DNA of 64,000 nucleotides, from positions 2,168-66,167 of the forward strand of contig CALVIE010000001.1 of assembly GCA_944329385.1 (NCBI GenBank), in the 5' to 3' direction. The notes beneath the pieces were generated by a model. That model was not told where the DNA came from, ran no database searches, and saw only the letters and a program-made list of their open reading frames with translations. Source of the DNA: an uncultured Bacilli bacterium. GTDB lineage: Bacteria > Bacillota_I > Bacilli_A > RF39 > UBA660. A program made the translations under genes and the position numbers. Positions 7,718-17,628 of this stretch are shown here, one piece after another; positions within the stretch are counted from its first letter, which is position 1; every line of letters starts with the position of its first letter.

Positions 7718-9808
7718 TTATGGGTAAATTTCAAAGTATTTTTTTGAAACTCGGTTAGTTAACCTTTTATTTATGGCTGATTGATGGTTTGAACGACCGT
7801 TTGGTACCGAAATGTTTGGCGAAACAACTGTGAATGTGACTTCTGGGTTATCATAAGGAGCATAAGCCACAAAAGTTGTACTGATAGTTTCAGTGTCTAT
7901 TTTTCCATCTTTGTTGGTATCAACAAAACTTTGGCTGGTTCCTGTTTTTCCGGCTGGTTTATAAGTCTTATCAATATATCCAACGCCTAAGCCATAGCTT
8001 GTAACTGCTTCAAATCCTTCTTTTACTCTATCGATATATTTTGCTTCAGTATCAACTTTATTTAATTCTTTTTTGTTTTGGTCATATGTCGTTTTATCGT
8101 TATAAAGGCCTTTATAGAGATATGGCCTCATTCTAGTGCCGTTATTAGCAATAGTACTAATATATTGTGATAGTTGGATTGGGGTATAATTATCATACTG
8201 ACCTATTGAAAAATCTAATAATAATCCTGAGGTGGTGTTTGTTCCTTTTAAGCCAGTTGTTTCATTTGGAAGATCAATGCCAGTTTTGACACCTAAGCCA
8301 AACTGGGCGAAGGTATTTCTATATATGTTAAAGGCTTCTTTATCAATAACTAATGGTTTATTATATTTATAATTTCCTTTACCAACTTTAATTGCAGTAT
8401 AGTACTGATAGGTGTTTGAAGATTGAGCTAAAGCTGTGATGTCATTTAATCTACCAAGATATTTCCATGAACATTTTTCTGGAGTAGCAGCTATTTTGAC
8501 ACAATTATCGTATCTTACTTCGCCTATTTTTAAAGCACCGGTATTATATCCAACAATATGGCTAGCACCTTTGACGACTGATCCCATAACTGCTGTTGAC
8601 TGGGTAATTCCAGCGGTAAAATCTATGGTACTATAAGAACCATCATCATTTTGTTTTAATTGTTTTCCAGCCATAGCCAATATTTCACCTGTTTTAGGGT
8701 TAGTAACTACGACGAATGAGCCATTATAATATTCTGTGTTAGCTTCTTTTTTGGCATTTATAACTTCTTCGGTTAATATTTCTTCTAAGGCTTTTTGAAG
8801 TTCAATGTCAATTGTTAGGACAATGTCATTACCTCTTTTACCTTCTTCTAGGAGTTTATATGAGCCATCGTTCATGACTTGGTACTTATTTTTTTTACCT
8901 TTTAAAATATCTTCATACATATATTCTAGGTTACTAGTTCCTACTCTATCATCTAGACTATAACCTTTTTTTAAATATTCATCTTTGAGTTCGGCAGGGA
9001 TTCCACTTTTACTTGATGAAACGTTGCCCAAGATACTTTTAAAAACATTACCATAAGGATAGGTTCTTTCCCAGTCTAATTTAGTATTTATTCCTTTTAA
9101 TTCACTTAAGTTTTCTGAAACTAAAGCATATTCTTCGTCGGTGACGTTTTCATTTTTGATGGTTTTTTCGTCATATGAATAACCGGTATTCATAAGGGTA
9201 TATATATAAGCTGCTTTTTTGTCTAGTTCATTATATATTGCTAGTTCTTCTTCAGTTACTCTTTCAATTTTCAAATTATAAATTTCATCACTTGTGAGTT
9301 TTCTTTCATCTAATTTTTGCCATTCTTCATCAGTTATCTTTTTATTTGCTTCTTTTGGATGATTTTTTATCCAAAAGTTTTTGAAATCATAGTCATTTAA
9401 TTTTATTTCAAGGTTTATCATATTTGCAAGTTTATAGGCTGTTTTGATTTCTTCTTCGGTGGTTATGCCTGATGGCTTTTTATAGTATATTACTTTAGAG
9501 GGAATATTATCGACAATGAGTTTACCATTTCTATCATAAATTCTTCCTCTTGGAGCAGTTTCACCATAGATTACTGTTTTGGTAAGGTTTTCTAATTTTT
9601 TACTATATTTTTCTTTTCCAACCACTTGAATTAAAAATAGTGATGTGACTAGTATTAAAAGAGCTAAAACAATTAAAAATGTTAATATGTTATAACGTTT
9701 TTCTATTTCAATTTTAATGTCTTTATTTTCTTTATAAGAATTGAAATTATAGTTTGGTTTTCTTTGTTTTTTAGAAACTTTTAATGCTTTTGGTTTTTTC
9801 TTTTTCAA
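7718..9808 (-). CDS. class B penicillin-binding protein (PBP2B/SpoVD-like transpeptidase)
   Basis: N-terminal TM anchor, a PBP dimerisation region and a transpeptidase domain with the KTGT motif (PAGKTGTSQ); 696 aa. Confidence 0.8.
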   Translation of the reverse strand: MKKKKPKALKVSKKQRKPNYNFNSYKENKDIKIEIEKRYNILTFLIVLALLILVTSLFLIQVVGKEKYSKKLENLTKTVIYGETAPRGRIYDRNGKLIVDNIPSKVIYYKKPSGITTEEEIKTAYKLANMINLEIKLNDYDFKNFWIKNHPKEANKKITDEEWQKLDERKLTSDEIYNLKIERVTEEELAIYNELDKKAAYIYTLMNTGYSYDEKTIKNENVTDEEYALVSENLSELKGINTKLDWERTYPYGNVFKSILGNVSSSKSGIPAELKDEYLKKGYSLDDRVGTSNLEYMYEDILKGKKNKYQVMNDGSYKLLEEGKRGNDIVLTIDIELQKALEEILTEEVINAKKEANTEYYNGSFVVVTNPKTGEILAMAGKQLKQNDDGSYSTIDFTAGITQSTAVMGSVVKGASHIVGYNTGALKIGEVRYDNCVKIAATPEKCSWKYLGRLNDITALAQSSNTYQYYTAIKVGKGNYKYNKPLVIDKEAFNIYRNTFAQFGLGVKTGIDLPNETTGLKGTNTTSGLLLDFSIGQYDNYTPIQLSQYISTIANNGTRMRPYLYKGLYNDKTTYDQNKKELNKVDTEAKYIDRVKEGFEAVTSYGLGVGYIDKTYKPAGKTGTSQSFVDTNKDGKIDTETISTTFVAYAPYDNPEVTFTVVSPNISVPNGRSNHQSAINKRLTNRVSKKYFEIYP

Positions 9809-9859
9809 TTTTTGTCACCTCACTTTGTTTTAAAACATATTTTATTATAGGGGGAATTT

Positions 9860-10123
9860 ATGCATAAATTATTTATTGAAAGATATATTAAACAAATTAA
9901 GAAGGATGATATTTTAAAGTTTGGAATTCAAAATGATATTTATTTATCAAATAATCAGCTTGATATATTATACCACTATTTAAATGAGTTTTGGGAAGAT
10001 ATTTTGTATGGAGATAGGGAAAAAGTTTTTTTGGATATGAAAAAAAGGTTTGATGAAGATACTTTTTTTAAGATGAAAAATTTATTTGATGAGTATTTCG
10101 AGCGTTATAGAGATATTTTATAG
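9860..10123 (+). CDS. hypothetical small protein (87 aa)
   Basis: Open reading frame with an RBS (GGGGGAATTT ATG); no recognisable motif. Its 3' end overlaps the convergent nfo stop. Confidence 0.3.
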   Translation: MHKLFIERYIKQIKKDDILKFGIQNDIYLSNNQLDILYHYLNEFWEDILYGDREKVFLDMKKRFDEDTFFKMKNLFDEYFERYRDIL

Positions 10124-11028
10124 TAATTTTGAATATCTTTGATGAGGTTTTGATTAATTTTTTTATTTTTTATCATTTCTATTTCAAATTTATATGGTGG
10201 ATATGTTCTATCTTGACCATTATTTATACTTACGTAAGGAGTTTCTAATATTTTAGGGACTTTTTTTAATTTTTCGTTATATATTATTTTAATAAGATTT
10301 TCAAAGCCAATTGTTCCAAGGCCAATATTCTCATGGCGGTCTTTATGCGATGATTTAATGTTTTTACTATCGTTTATATGAATGCAGGCAATTTTATTTA
10401 TTCCAATTATTTGATCAAAGCTATCTAATAGTTCGTCAAAATTTGTTAGGTCATATCCGGCATCGTTTAGATGACAAGTGTCCAAACATACTTTTACTCT
10501 TTCTTTATTATTTATGCCGTTTATGATAGTTTTAATTTCTTCAAAGTTTTTTCCTAGTTCACTACCTTTTCCAGCCATAGTTTCTAAACAGATGATGGGG
10601 CCTTTTTTGTTTTCTAAAATAATATTTAAAGCGTTTATAATATTATTTAAACCTTTTTCAGTACCTAAGCCAACATGACTTCCTGGATGAAGGACAATTT
10701 TATTTATGCCTAGAATTTGAGCTCTTTGGAGTTCTTGTTTTAAAAAATTTATGGAGAAGTTATATTTGTTTTCATCTTTATTATTAGCTAAGTTTATAAT
10801 ATAAGGAGCGTGAATGATGACATTATTTATATCAATATTGTTTTCTTGCATAAGTTTTTTAGCTAAAGCTGTTTTTTCTTCATCGATTTTTGATCTTTTA
10901 GTGTTTTGAGGAGCACCAGTATAAAACATAAATGTGTTTGCATTATAGCTTAATGCTTCTTTAACACTTTTTAGTAAACCATCATTTTTGGTATAAGATA
11001 CATGTGAACCGATTATTAATTTTTCCAT
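10105..11028 (-). CDS. nfo: endonuclease IV (deoxyribonuclease IV)
   Basis: Motifs HAPYIINLA, HPGSH and CLDTCH, the metal-binding residues of the TIM-barrel Nfo family. Confidence 0.9.
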   Translation of the reverse strand: MEKLIIGSHVSYTKNDGLLKSVKEALSYNANTFMFYTGAPQNTKRSKIDEEKTALAKKLMQENNIDINNVIIHAPYIINLANNKDENKYNFSINFLKQELQRAQILGINKIVLHPGSHVGLGTEKGLNNIINALNIILENKKGPIICLETMAGKGSELGKNFEEIKTIINGINNKERVKVCLDTCHLNDAGYDLTNFDELLDSFDQIIGINKIACIHINDSKNIKSSHKDRHENIGLGTIGFENLIKIIYNEKLKKVPKILETPYVSINNGQDRTYPPYKFEIEMIKNKKINQNLIKDIQNYYKISL

Positions 11029-11065
11029 ATGAAATCACCTAGAAATATAATACCACATTTCTAGG

Positions 11066-11398
11066 TTACTCGCCTACTAAATCACTTAAAACTTTAAAAC
11101 TTCCGTTAATTAGTTTTTGAATGACTTTTTCTGCTGCGTTAGATATTGTAAGTCCGGTTTTGGAAACAGTGTTTTGGTAGTTTTGGTTATTGGTGTCAAT
11201 GTAATCTTCGATGTCAATGTTTTTACCGGCTTTGACATCTTTTTCAAATTTTTCTATTTGACTATTGGTTAGAGCCACTTTTTTACTATTACGATATTCA
11301 AAGTAACCTGTACTTTGTGAAAGATATAGGGCAAAAAAAGTAACGAAGCTTATAAAAATGGCATATCTAAATATTTTATTTAGTTTTTTATGTTTCAT
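11066..11398 (-). CDS. small membrane protein, YqxA-like (follows spoIIP as in B. subtilis)
   Basis: N-terminal TM helix, 110 aa, overlaps the spoIIP stop. The call is by synteny only. Confidence 0.35.
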   Translation of the reverse strand: MKHKKLNKIFRYAIFISFVTFFALYLSQSTGYFEYRNSKKVALTNSQIEKFEKDVKAGKNIDIEDYIDTNNQNYQNTVSKTGLTISNAAEKVIQKLINGSFKVLSDLVGE

Positions 11399-12353
11399 TT
11401 ACATAGCTTGCGAATATAGGGGCGATTAATTCAATGGTGTTTAAAACCTCGTCAATGGTGTTTTCTTCGCCACCTATTTCAATTAAAATAATATTTGGAT
11501 TTAAATCTTGGTTATATATGCCATTTGAACCTTCTCCTTTTTTGGTTATGACTCCTCTTGTTAAAGTAGGATATTTTTGTTTTATTTGATTATTGATATT
11601 ATTTGTTACGTTTAAGTTATAATTATAATTTTTATGTTCTAAACCTACAACAAAGGATATTTTGGCACACGATTTATTATTAATGATAACTGTTGATTTA
11701 TCTTTGGATAGTGCATCTCTGTGTAGGTCAATAATCAATTTATAATTTTGATAATTATTCAAAGCGTTTTGTAGAAATGTTCTGCTTGCTTGATAACTTT
11801 TACTATATTTCATATTATTTAGATTCAAATAATCGGTTATATTATCTTCCATGACATCGGCTTTGATATTATTTTCGGCTAATTTATCTTGCAAGATATA
11901 GGATGCCATCATTACACCTGGGGTTATATTATAACCTTCTAAGGCTTTACCTTGATAGGCTTCAGTTTGATGAGTATTATAGATATAGACTGATGGTTTA
12001 AGGTTAAGGCTTTTGACATTTTCTATATTAGGGTTATTTACAAAAGTCATATTTTTTTTGCTAGTTTTGAAGTGTATGGTGTTTTCTAAGATAGAAATAG
12101 GTTCATTAACATCTAATATTTTAGAAAATAATTTGGTAAAAATATCACTAGATTTTTTTTCATATAAAAGATGATAGTTAGAGTCAGCCATTAAGGCTTT
12201 TAGAAATTCTTCATTTGAATCAACTAATTTTATATTCATGATGACATTAAAGGATAATTCATAGCCTAAAAACATGATAAAGGCATAAAAAATTAATCTA
12301 AATTTGAATTTTCTTTTTTTCTTTAGTTTGACTTTTTTCATTTTATCCCTCAC
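11388..12353 (-). CDS. spoIIP: stage II sporulation protein P (SpoIIP-family amidase-like)
   Basis: N-terminal TM, then YIYNTHQTEAY and IIDLHRDA motifs characteristic of SpoIIP, and its position directly after gpr. Confidence 0.75.
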   Translation of the reverse strand: MRDKMKKVKLKKKRKFKFRLIFYAFIMFLGYELSFNVIMNIKLVDSNEEFLKALMADSNYHLLYEKKSSDIFTKLFSKILDVNEPISILENTIHFKTSKKNMTFVNNPNIENVKSLNLKPSVYIYNTHQTEAYQGKALEGYNITPGVMMASYILQDKLAENNIKADVMEDNITDYLNLNNMKYSKSYQASRTFLQNALNNYQNYKLIIDLHRDALSKDKSTVIINNKSCAKISFVVGLEHKNYNYNLNVTNNINNQIKQKYPTLTRGVITKKGEGSNGIYNQDLNPNIILIEIGGEENTIDEVLNTIELIAPIFASYVNET

Positions 12354-12411
12354 TTTTATTTAATTATATGTAAGGGTTTATAAATAAAATGTAGAAAAAA
12401 ACAAAGCTCGG

Positions 12412-13425
12412 TTACTTTGCTTGAATATTTTTATGAAGGGCTATGTCAAGTCCTTTAGATATTGTTTTAGCTAGTTTTTCGATAATGAAATCTTCTTCTT
12501 TGGGGCTTACTGTTAAGTTATAGCCTATTGGGTTTAATATTTCATATATTAAGTTTTTTGTTTCTTCTTCTGATAATGTCCCGACCATACCCAAGATTTT
12601 TTGTTTATCTTCTTTTTTTATTTTGAATTTTTTACTTAAGTTTAGATAATTGACATTGGCAGTTAATTTAGTAGCTGGGTTATTTATATTGGCTACTTGA
12701 TATGCAAAATGTTCATAAAGATATTTGATTGTATCACTGACAATTGAAGCTGCGTCAACAACGGTAGGAACGCCAATAGCAATTGTTGGTATTCCAAGTA
12801 TTTCCTTAGATATTTCTTTTCTTTTATTTCCTACTCCACTACCTGGGTTTATGCCGGCATCAGTCATTTGAATAGTTTTGTTTACTCTTTCAACTGATGA
12901 GGCAGCTAAAGCGTCGATGGTAATAACAAAGTTTGGTTTAACCATTTGAACTATACTTTTTAAAAGATCACTTGTTTCAATGCCGGTTTCTCCCATGACG
13001 CCGGGGGAAATTGCGCATACTCTTCTAAAACCTTCTTCTAAATTATTATATAGATAGATATGATTTGTGACTAATGTTTTGGATACGGTTAAAGGTCCTA
13101 GAGAATCTGGAGTGGATTTTTCGTTTCCAAGACCAATTATTAGACATAAATCATTATCTTTAATATTTTGTAATTCTAGAAGTTTTTTTAATTCTTCGGC
13201 AAATATTTTTTGAATTTTTACTTGGTTTTGATTGTCAGTTACATCTATAAATTCAATTGTTGTATAATTACCTGCTTTTTTTCCAATTTTATTTGCATCT
13301 TCTTCTTTTAGTGTAATATTGGTTATTTTTATGTCATCTATTTGTTTAGTGGGACTAGTTTTTATTAGTTCAATGGCTAGGTCGGTTCTTAAAATATTAT
13401 TTTTTAAATCTACTTCATGTTTCAT
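12412..13425 (-). CDS. gpr: germination protease (spore endopeptidase)
   Basis: N-terminus LRTDLAIEL and the overall similarity pattern to Bacillus GPR; its position between rpsT and spoIIP mirrors B. subtilis. Confidence 0.85.
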   Translation of the reverse strand: MKHEVDLKNNILRTDLAIELIKTSPTKQIDDIKITNITLKEEDANKIGKKAGNYTTIEFIDVTDNQNQVKIQKIFAEELKKLLELQNIKDNDLCLIIGLGNEKSTPDSLGPLTVSKTLVTNHIYLYNNLEEGFRRVCAISPGVMGETGIETSDLLKSIVQMVKPNFVITIDALAASSVERVNKTIQMTDAGINPGSGVGNKRKEISKEILGIPTIAIGVPTVVDAASIVSDTIKYLYEHFAYQVANINNPATKLTANVNYLNLSKKFKIKKEDKQKILGMVGTLSEEETKNLIYEILNPIGYNLTVSPKEEDFIIEKLAKTISKGLDIALHKNIQAK

Positions 13426-13597
13426 TTTTTCACCTCAGTTTTATTTTTTACAAAAGGTGAAAATTCATACAATATTTAATATTTTTTTAATTTTAATATT
13501 TAAATTATGATTTTTATCTTTGTTTTGAAACAAAAATGTTGCTTTTTATTTGTTTTTTTGTTAAAATGGTTGTACATGTGGCTTGGAGGTGAAATTT

Positions 13598-13861
13598 ATG
13601 GCCAATTTAAAGAATGCGAAAAAAAGAGTTTCTGTTAATATTAAAAAAGAAAAAAGAAACAATGAATATTCTGCTAGTGCGAAAACTGCTATTAAAAATA
13701 CTTTAAGAGCTATTGCTAAAAAAGATAAAGAAGCAGCTACTACTAATTTAAAAACTGCCATTAAAAGAATCGACAAGGCAGCTGGAGCTGGAGTAATCGC
13801 TAAAAATACTAGTGCTCGTAAAAAATCAAGATTAACAAAGAAAGTAAATGCGATGGAGTAA
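13598..13861 (+). CDS. rpsT: 30S ribosomal protein S20
   Basis: MANLKNAKKRVSVNIKKEKRNNEYSASAKTAIKN... matches S20. The listed ORF starts five codons early (MEVKF). Confidence 0.9.
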   Translation: MANLKNAKKRVSVNIKKEKRNNEYSASAKTAIKNTLRAIAKKDKEAATTNLKTAIKRIDKAAGAGVIAKNTSARKKSRLTKKVNAME

Positions 13862-13892
13862 TTTACTTTTTTATTTTATTAGGGGTGATTAA

Positions 13893-14828
13893 ATGAAAAA
13901 GATTACTAGCGTTTTATCGGTTTTGATTGTTTTTGGTGTTTTTGTTTTAGGTTTTACTTATCGTGAGGATATTGCAAACTATGTAATGAAATCTGTGATT
14001 CAAAGCAAAGAGGTTACTTTGCCTAACGAAAGGTCTAATTTTAATAATTATGAGTTTTCTTTTGTTAGTGAAACAGAAAATTTTCATGTTAAAAATAAGC
14101 AAGAAATTTTAAATGCTCTTTATACTATTTTAAATCATGGAATGAATAATTTTACTTTTTACTGTGATTCTAGTTATGATTCATGTATAGATGATTTAAA
14201 TTTAGTATCACAAGATCAAGTACTATTATCAACTGTCAATAATTTTGTATCTCCTTTTAACAGTTATGAGAAAATTTATTTTAAAATTTCTTCTTATGGA
14301 GAAATAAATATTGATGTAGATAAGTTATATACGGATAATGAGATTATAGAAGTTAATAAAAAAATTAGCGAATTTGAAAGTTCTAATATTAAAGCTGATA
14401 TGAGTGTGAGAGATAAGATTAAGGCTTTTCACGATTATTTAATTAATAATAGTGTTTATGATAAGGTAAGAGCTGAGGCGATTGAAAAAGGCACTGATAG
14501 TGGCGGAGAATATTCTCACAAGGCAACTGGACCTTTACTTCATGGAATTGCACTATGTAGTGGTTATAGTGATGCGATGAAGGTTTATTTAGATAAGTTA
14601 GGAGTTCCTAATTATAAAATATCTAATAACAATCATATTTGGAATTTGGTTTATATAGATGGAAAGTGGCTTCATTTAGATTTAACTTGGGATGATCCTG
14701 TTACTTCTGATGGTTCGAATATTTTACTTGATAAATTTTTCTTAATTACAAATGATGAACTTCAAAAAATAGATTCTACCGGTCATAAATTTGATGTGAA
14801 ATATTACCCTGAAGCAATAAACAGTTAA
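13893..14828 (+). CDS. membrane-anchored transglutaminase-like (Cys-His-Asp) domain protein
   Basis: N-terminal TM helix; catalytic-triad context GIALCSGYSDAM (Cys) ... HIWNLVYIDGKWLHLDLTWDD (His, Asp), typical of the transglutaminase-like superfamily. Confidence 0.6.
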   Translation: MKKITSVLSVLIVFGVFVLGFTYREDIANYVMKSVIQSKEVTLPNERSNFNNYEFSFVSETENFHVKNKQEILNALYTILNHGMNNFTFYCDSSYDSCIDDLNLVSQDQVLLSTVNNFVSPFNSYEKIYFKISSYGEINIDVDKLYTDNEIIEVNKKISEFESSNIKADMSVRDKIKAFHDYLINNSVYDKVRAEAIEKGTDSGGEYSHKATGPLLHGIALCSGYSDAMKVYLDKLGVPNYKISNNNHIWNLVYIDGKWLHLDLTWDDPVTSDGSNILLDKFFLITNDELQKIDSTGHKFDVKYYPEAINS

Positions 14829-14852
14829 GTTTTTAGACTTAACTGTTTTTTA
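14826..14852. terminator. bidirectional rho-independent terminator
   Basis: AGTTAAGT-TTTTAG-ACTTAACT followed by GTTTTTT, between convergent genes. Confidence 0.65.
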
Positions 14853-14863
14853 TACAAAAGTAT

Positions 14864-15808
14864 TTATGATTCAATGATAAATGGATTTGTTTTACTACCA
14901 TATCCACTTAACTGTAATCCTGATTTTATGTGAACTACTGGGAAAGATGTTTCATAGGGATTATTACTCATCCTTACAGTTGTTAATGATCCTAAGTAAA
15001 AAACCCAATGATAATCATTGTTATCTTTATAATGATTTAGCAGCCATCCAAGACTGGGAATACCCCAACCTTTATTTGACACATAATTTATCCAAGTAGT
15101 ACCACCACAATTTGAACCGTAATAACTTACATTATTTGGAAAATTAGCGCAGGCTAATCTGGTATTTGTTCTAAGGAATTCTGTAACAGTGAGTATCGCT
15201 ACTTTTCCGTTCCATTTACTTGTTTTTTCGCTTTGAACAGCCAATTGCAAATTTGTTTCTGTTTTAGTACCTAAATTACCTACATTGAAATTTCTAGCAA
15301 CTATTAAATTTTTTGCTGTAGTAGAAAGATTATTATAATATGTTCCATTTAAATATGTATTTACGTTTGAGTTAGTCCAAGTGGTGTTTCCCCAAGAAGT
15401 AGTATTAGTACTACTTGATGCTCCAGTTTCAGTTAAATTTATAATTTTCATTGTTCCGTCTTTTTCTATTGATAGTATTCGCCATTCTTCATTGTTAAAT
15501 GTAATATAATTATCTACATAATTGCCTCTATAAATATATCTACCTTCTTCATATTCATCCGCATATAGTCCAGATCCAGTTGTAACTACTAAATCTTTTA
15601 ACTTAGAAGAAGTTATAGTTGAACTATCAGCTTTTTTGTAAAGTTCATCTATAGCATCTTGAACATTGGTTGCATTAAGTCCACTTGCTTTATTATCATA
15701 TGTTGTTTGATTTGACGGAAAATATGTTACAGCCGATATGCTTACTGTTCCAACAATTATTGCTGTTAATAGGCATAAAAAGCATCTATTTTTTAAAATT
15801 TTTTTCAT
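14864..15808 (-). CDS. secreted paralog-family protein P1 (divergent member; DUF6273-like core?)
   Basis: Signal peptide/TM, then the conserved block VTYFPSNQTTYDNKASGLNATNVQDAIDELY shared with 39399..40328, 44795..45741, 59484..60437 and the remnant at 30304..30606. The middle is N/T/S/W/Y-rich, and the C-terminus GSKTNPFIIES is related to the GDGSxNPY end of the other copies. Confidence 0.6.
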   Translation of the reverse strand: MKKILKNRCFLCLLTAIIVGTVSISAVTYFPSNQTTYDNKASGLNATNVQDAIDELYKKADSSTITSSKLKDLVVTTGSGLYADEYEEGRYIYRGNYVDNYITFNNEEWRILSIEKDGTMKIINLTETGASSSTNTTSWGNTTWTNSNVNTYLNGTYYNNLSTTAKNLIVARNFNVGNLGTKTETNLQLAVQSEKTSKWNGKVAILTVTEFLRTNTRLACANFPNNVSYYGSNCGGTTWINYVSNKGWGIPSLGWLLNHYKDNNDYHWVFYLGSLTTVRMSNNPYETSFPVVHIKSGLQLSGYGSKTNPFIIES

Positions 15809-15907
15809 GACTACCCTCCTATTTTATTTTTTTGTTATTTTTTGTAACTTATTTTAAGTTATAAAACAATAACCTGTTTTAAGTTATTGTAAAATCAAAT
15901 CGGAGGT

Positions 15908-16129
15908 TTGCTTATGAATAGACTTAGAGATTTAAGGGAGGACCACGATTTATTACAAAAGGATATTGCCAAAATACTTGGGATGTCACAGACTGGATAT
16001 TCACAGTATGAAACTGAAACTAATGATATTCCAACGGCTATTTTAAAAAAACTAGCAATTTATTATAATACAAGTATTGATTATATTTTATGTATGACTA
16101 ATGAGAAAAAACCTTATCCAAAAAAATAA
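15908..16129 (+). CDS. XRE-family helix-turn-helix transcriptional regulator
   Basis: LLQKDIAKILGMSQTGYSQYETETNDIPTAILKKLAIYYNTSIDYIL is a canonical XRE HTH; it is divergent from P1. Confidence 0.6.
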   Translation: MLMNRLRDLREDHDLLQKDIAKILGMSQTGYSQYETETNDIPTAILKKLAIYYNTSIDYILCMTNEKKPYPKK

Positions 16130-16142
16130 ATTATAATGAAAA

Positions 16143-16177
16143 AAGAATTGTTTTTTAATTTGCAATTCTTTTTTTAT
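16143..16177. terminator. bidirectional terminator
   Basis: AAGAATTG-TTTTTTAATTTG-CAATTCTT followed by TTTTTT, between the HTH gene (+) and the argH (-) stops. Confidence 0.55.
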
Positions 16178-16178
16178 A

Positions 16179-17555
16179 TTAAATAGTTTCTAAAAACTTT
16201 TTAATTTCTTCTACATGTTTTTTTACAGTTTCTGGAGCTGGACCACCAACTACGGTTCTATCACAAACGGCTTTTTTTAAGTCAATATATTCATATATAT
16301 CTTCATCTATAAGGTCAGAGAATTGTTTATATTCATCTATGGTAATTGTATCTAAAGTTTTATCATTATCAATTGCGTATGCGACTATTGAACCAACGAT
16401 TTTATATGCGGTTCTAAAAGGTATACCTTTTTTTACTAAATAGTCTGCAGCATCTGTTGCATTAATAAATCCTTTTTTAGCAGCTTTGAGCATATTGTCT
16501 TTTAAAAATGTTGTAGTGTTAAACATTGGAATAAATGTATATAAACACATTTTTACATTATCAGTGGCATCAAATATAGCTTCTTTATCTTCTTGCATAT
16601 CTTTATCATAAGCGAGTGGTAAAGATTTCATTACTACAAGTAAACTAATTAAATCACCATATACTCGGCCACTTTTTCCTCTAATAAGTTCTGTAATGTC
16701 TGGGTTTTTCTTCTGAGGCATAATTGATGAACCTGTTGAAAAAGCATCATCAAGTTCAATAAATTTAAATTCATGACTACACCACATAATAAATTCTTCA
16801 CTAATTCTTGATAAGTGCATCATAATAATTGATAAGTCTGATGTTATTTCAATGGCATAATCTCTGTCTGAAACGCCATCTAAGCTATTTAGACAAGGGC
16901 CATCAAACCCAAGTAATTTACTTGTCATATATCTATCTGTATTATATGTTGTTCCAGCCAAGGCACAACTTCCAAGTGGATTGATATTCATTCTTTTATA
17001 AGCATCTTTAAGTCTTAAAATATCTCTTTTAAACATTTCTACATAAGCCATAAAATAATGTGCGAGTGTGATAGGTTGAGCTCTTTGTAAATGAGTATAT
17101 CCTGGCATAATGGTTTCATAATGTTTTTCAGCTTGATTAATAAGCTCTGAGATAAGTTGTTTTAACAATTTAATGATTTCTGAAATTTCATTTTTCATAT
17201 AAAGTCTTAGATCTAGTGCGACTTGATCATTACGGCTCCTAGCTGTATGTAATCTTTTTCCAGAATCACCTATTCTTTTAGTAAGTTCTCCTTCTATGAA
17301 CATATGAATATCTTCTGAGGTCATATCAAATTCAAGCTCCCCATTTTCTAAATCTTTTAGAATGGTTTTTAATCCATTAATGATCTTTTCACTTTCTTGT
17401 TCACTAATAATACCACATTTGCCAAGCATGGTGGCGTGGGCAATACTGCCAGTAATATCTTCTTTATACATTCTTTTATCAAATCTAATTGATGAATTGA
17501 AATCGTTTGTTCTTTTATCTATTTCTTTTTTAAATCTACCTTCCCACATTACCAT
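16179..17555 (-). CDS. argH: argininosuccinate lyase
   Basis: MWEGRF start; fumarase/lyase class II signature region GSSIMPQKKNPD; 458 aa. Confidence 0.9.
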   Translation of the reverse strand: MVMWEGRFKKEIDKRTNDFNSSIRFDKRMYKEDITGSIAHATMLGKCGIISEQESEKIINGLKTILKDLENGELEFDMTSEDIHMFIEGELTKRIGDSGKRLHTARSRNDQVALDLRLYMKNEISEIIKLLKQLISELINQAEKHYETIMPGYTHLQRAQPITLAHYFMAYVEMFKRDILRLKDAYKRMNINPLGSCALAGTTYNTDRYMTSKLLGFDGPCLNSLDGVSDRDYAIEITSDLSIIMMHLSRISEEFIMWCSHEFKFIELDDAFSTGSSIMPQKKNPDITELIRGKSGRVYGDLISLLVVMKSLPLAYDKDMQEDKEAIFDATDNVKMCLYTFIPMFNTTTFLKDNMLKAAKKGFINATDAADYLVKKGIPFRTAYKIVGSIVAYAIDNDKTLDTITIDEYKQFSDLIDEDIYEYIDLKKAVCDRTVVGGPAPETVKKHVEEIKKFLETI

Positions 17556-17628
17556 ATTATATTCCTCCTAATTTTTTTAAAATCTATTATTTATTTTTAT
17601 CATAAAATACCATAATTTGTCAATGTTT

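Noticed and set aside
13561-13776. 71-aa minus-strand ORF overlapping rpsT
   Set aside because: It is antisense to a highly conserved S20 coding sequence, hydrophobic low-complexity, with no RBS. It is an artefact of AT-rich antisense frames.
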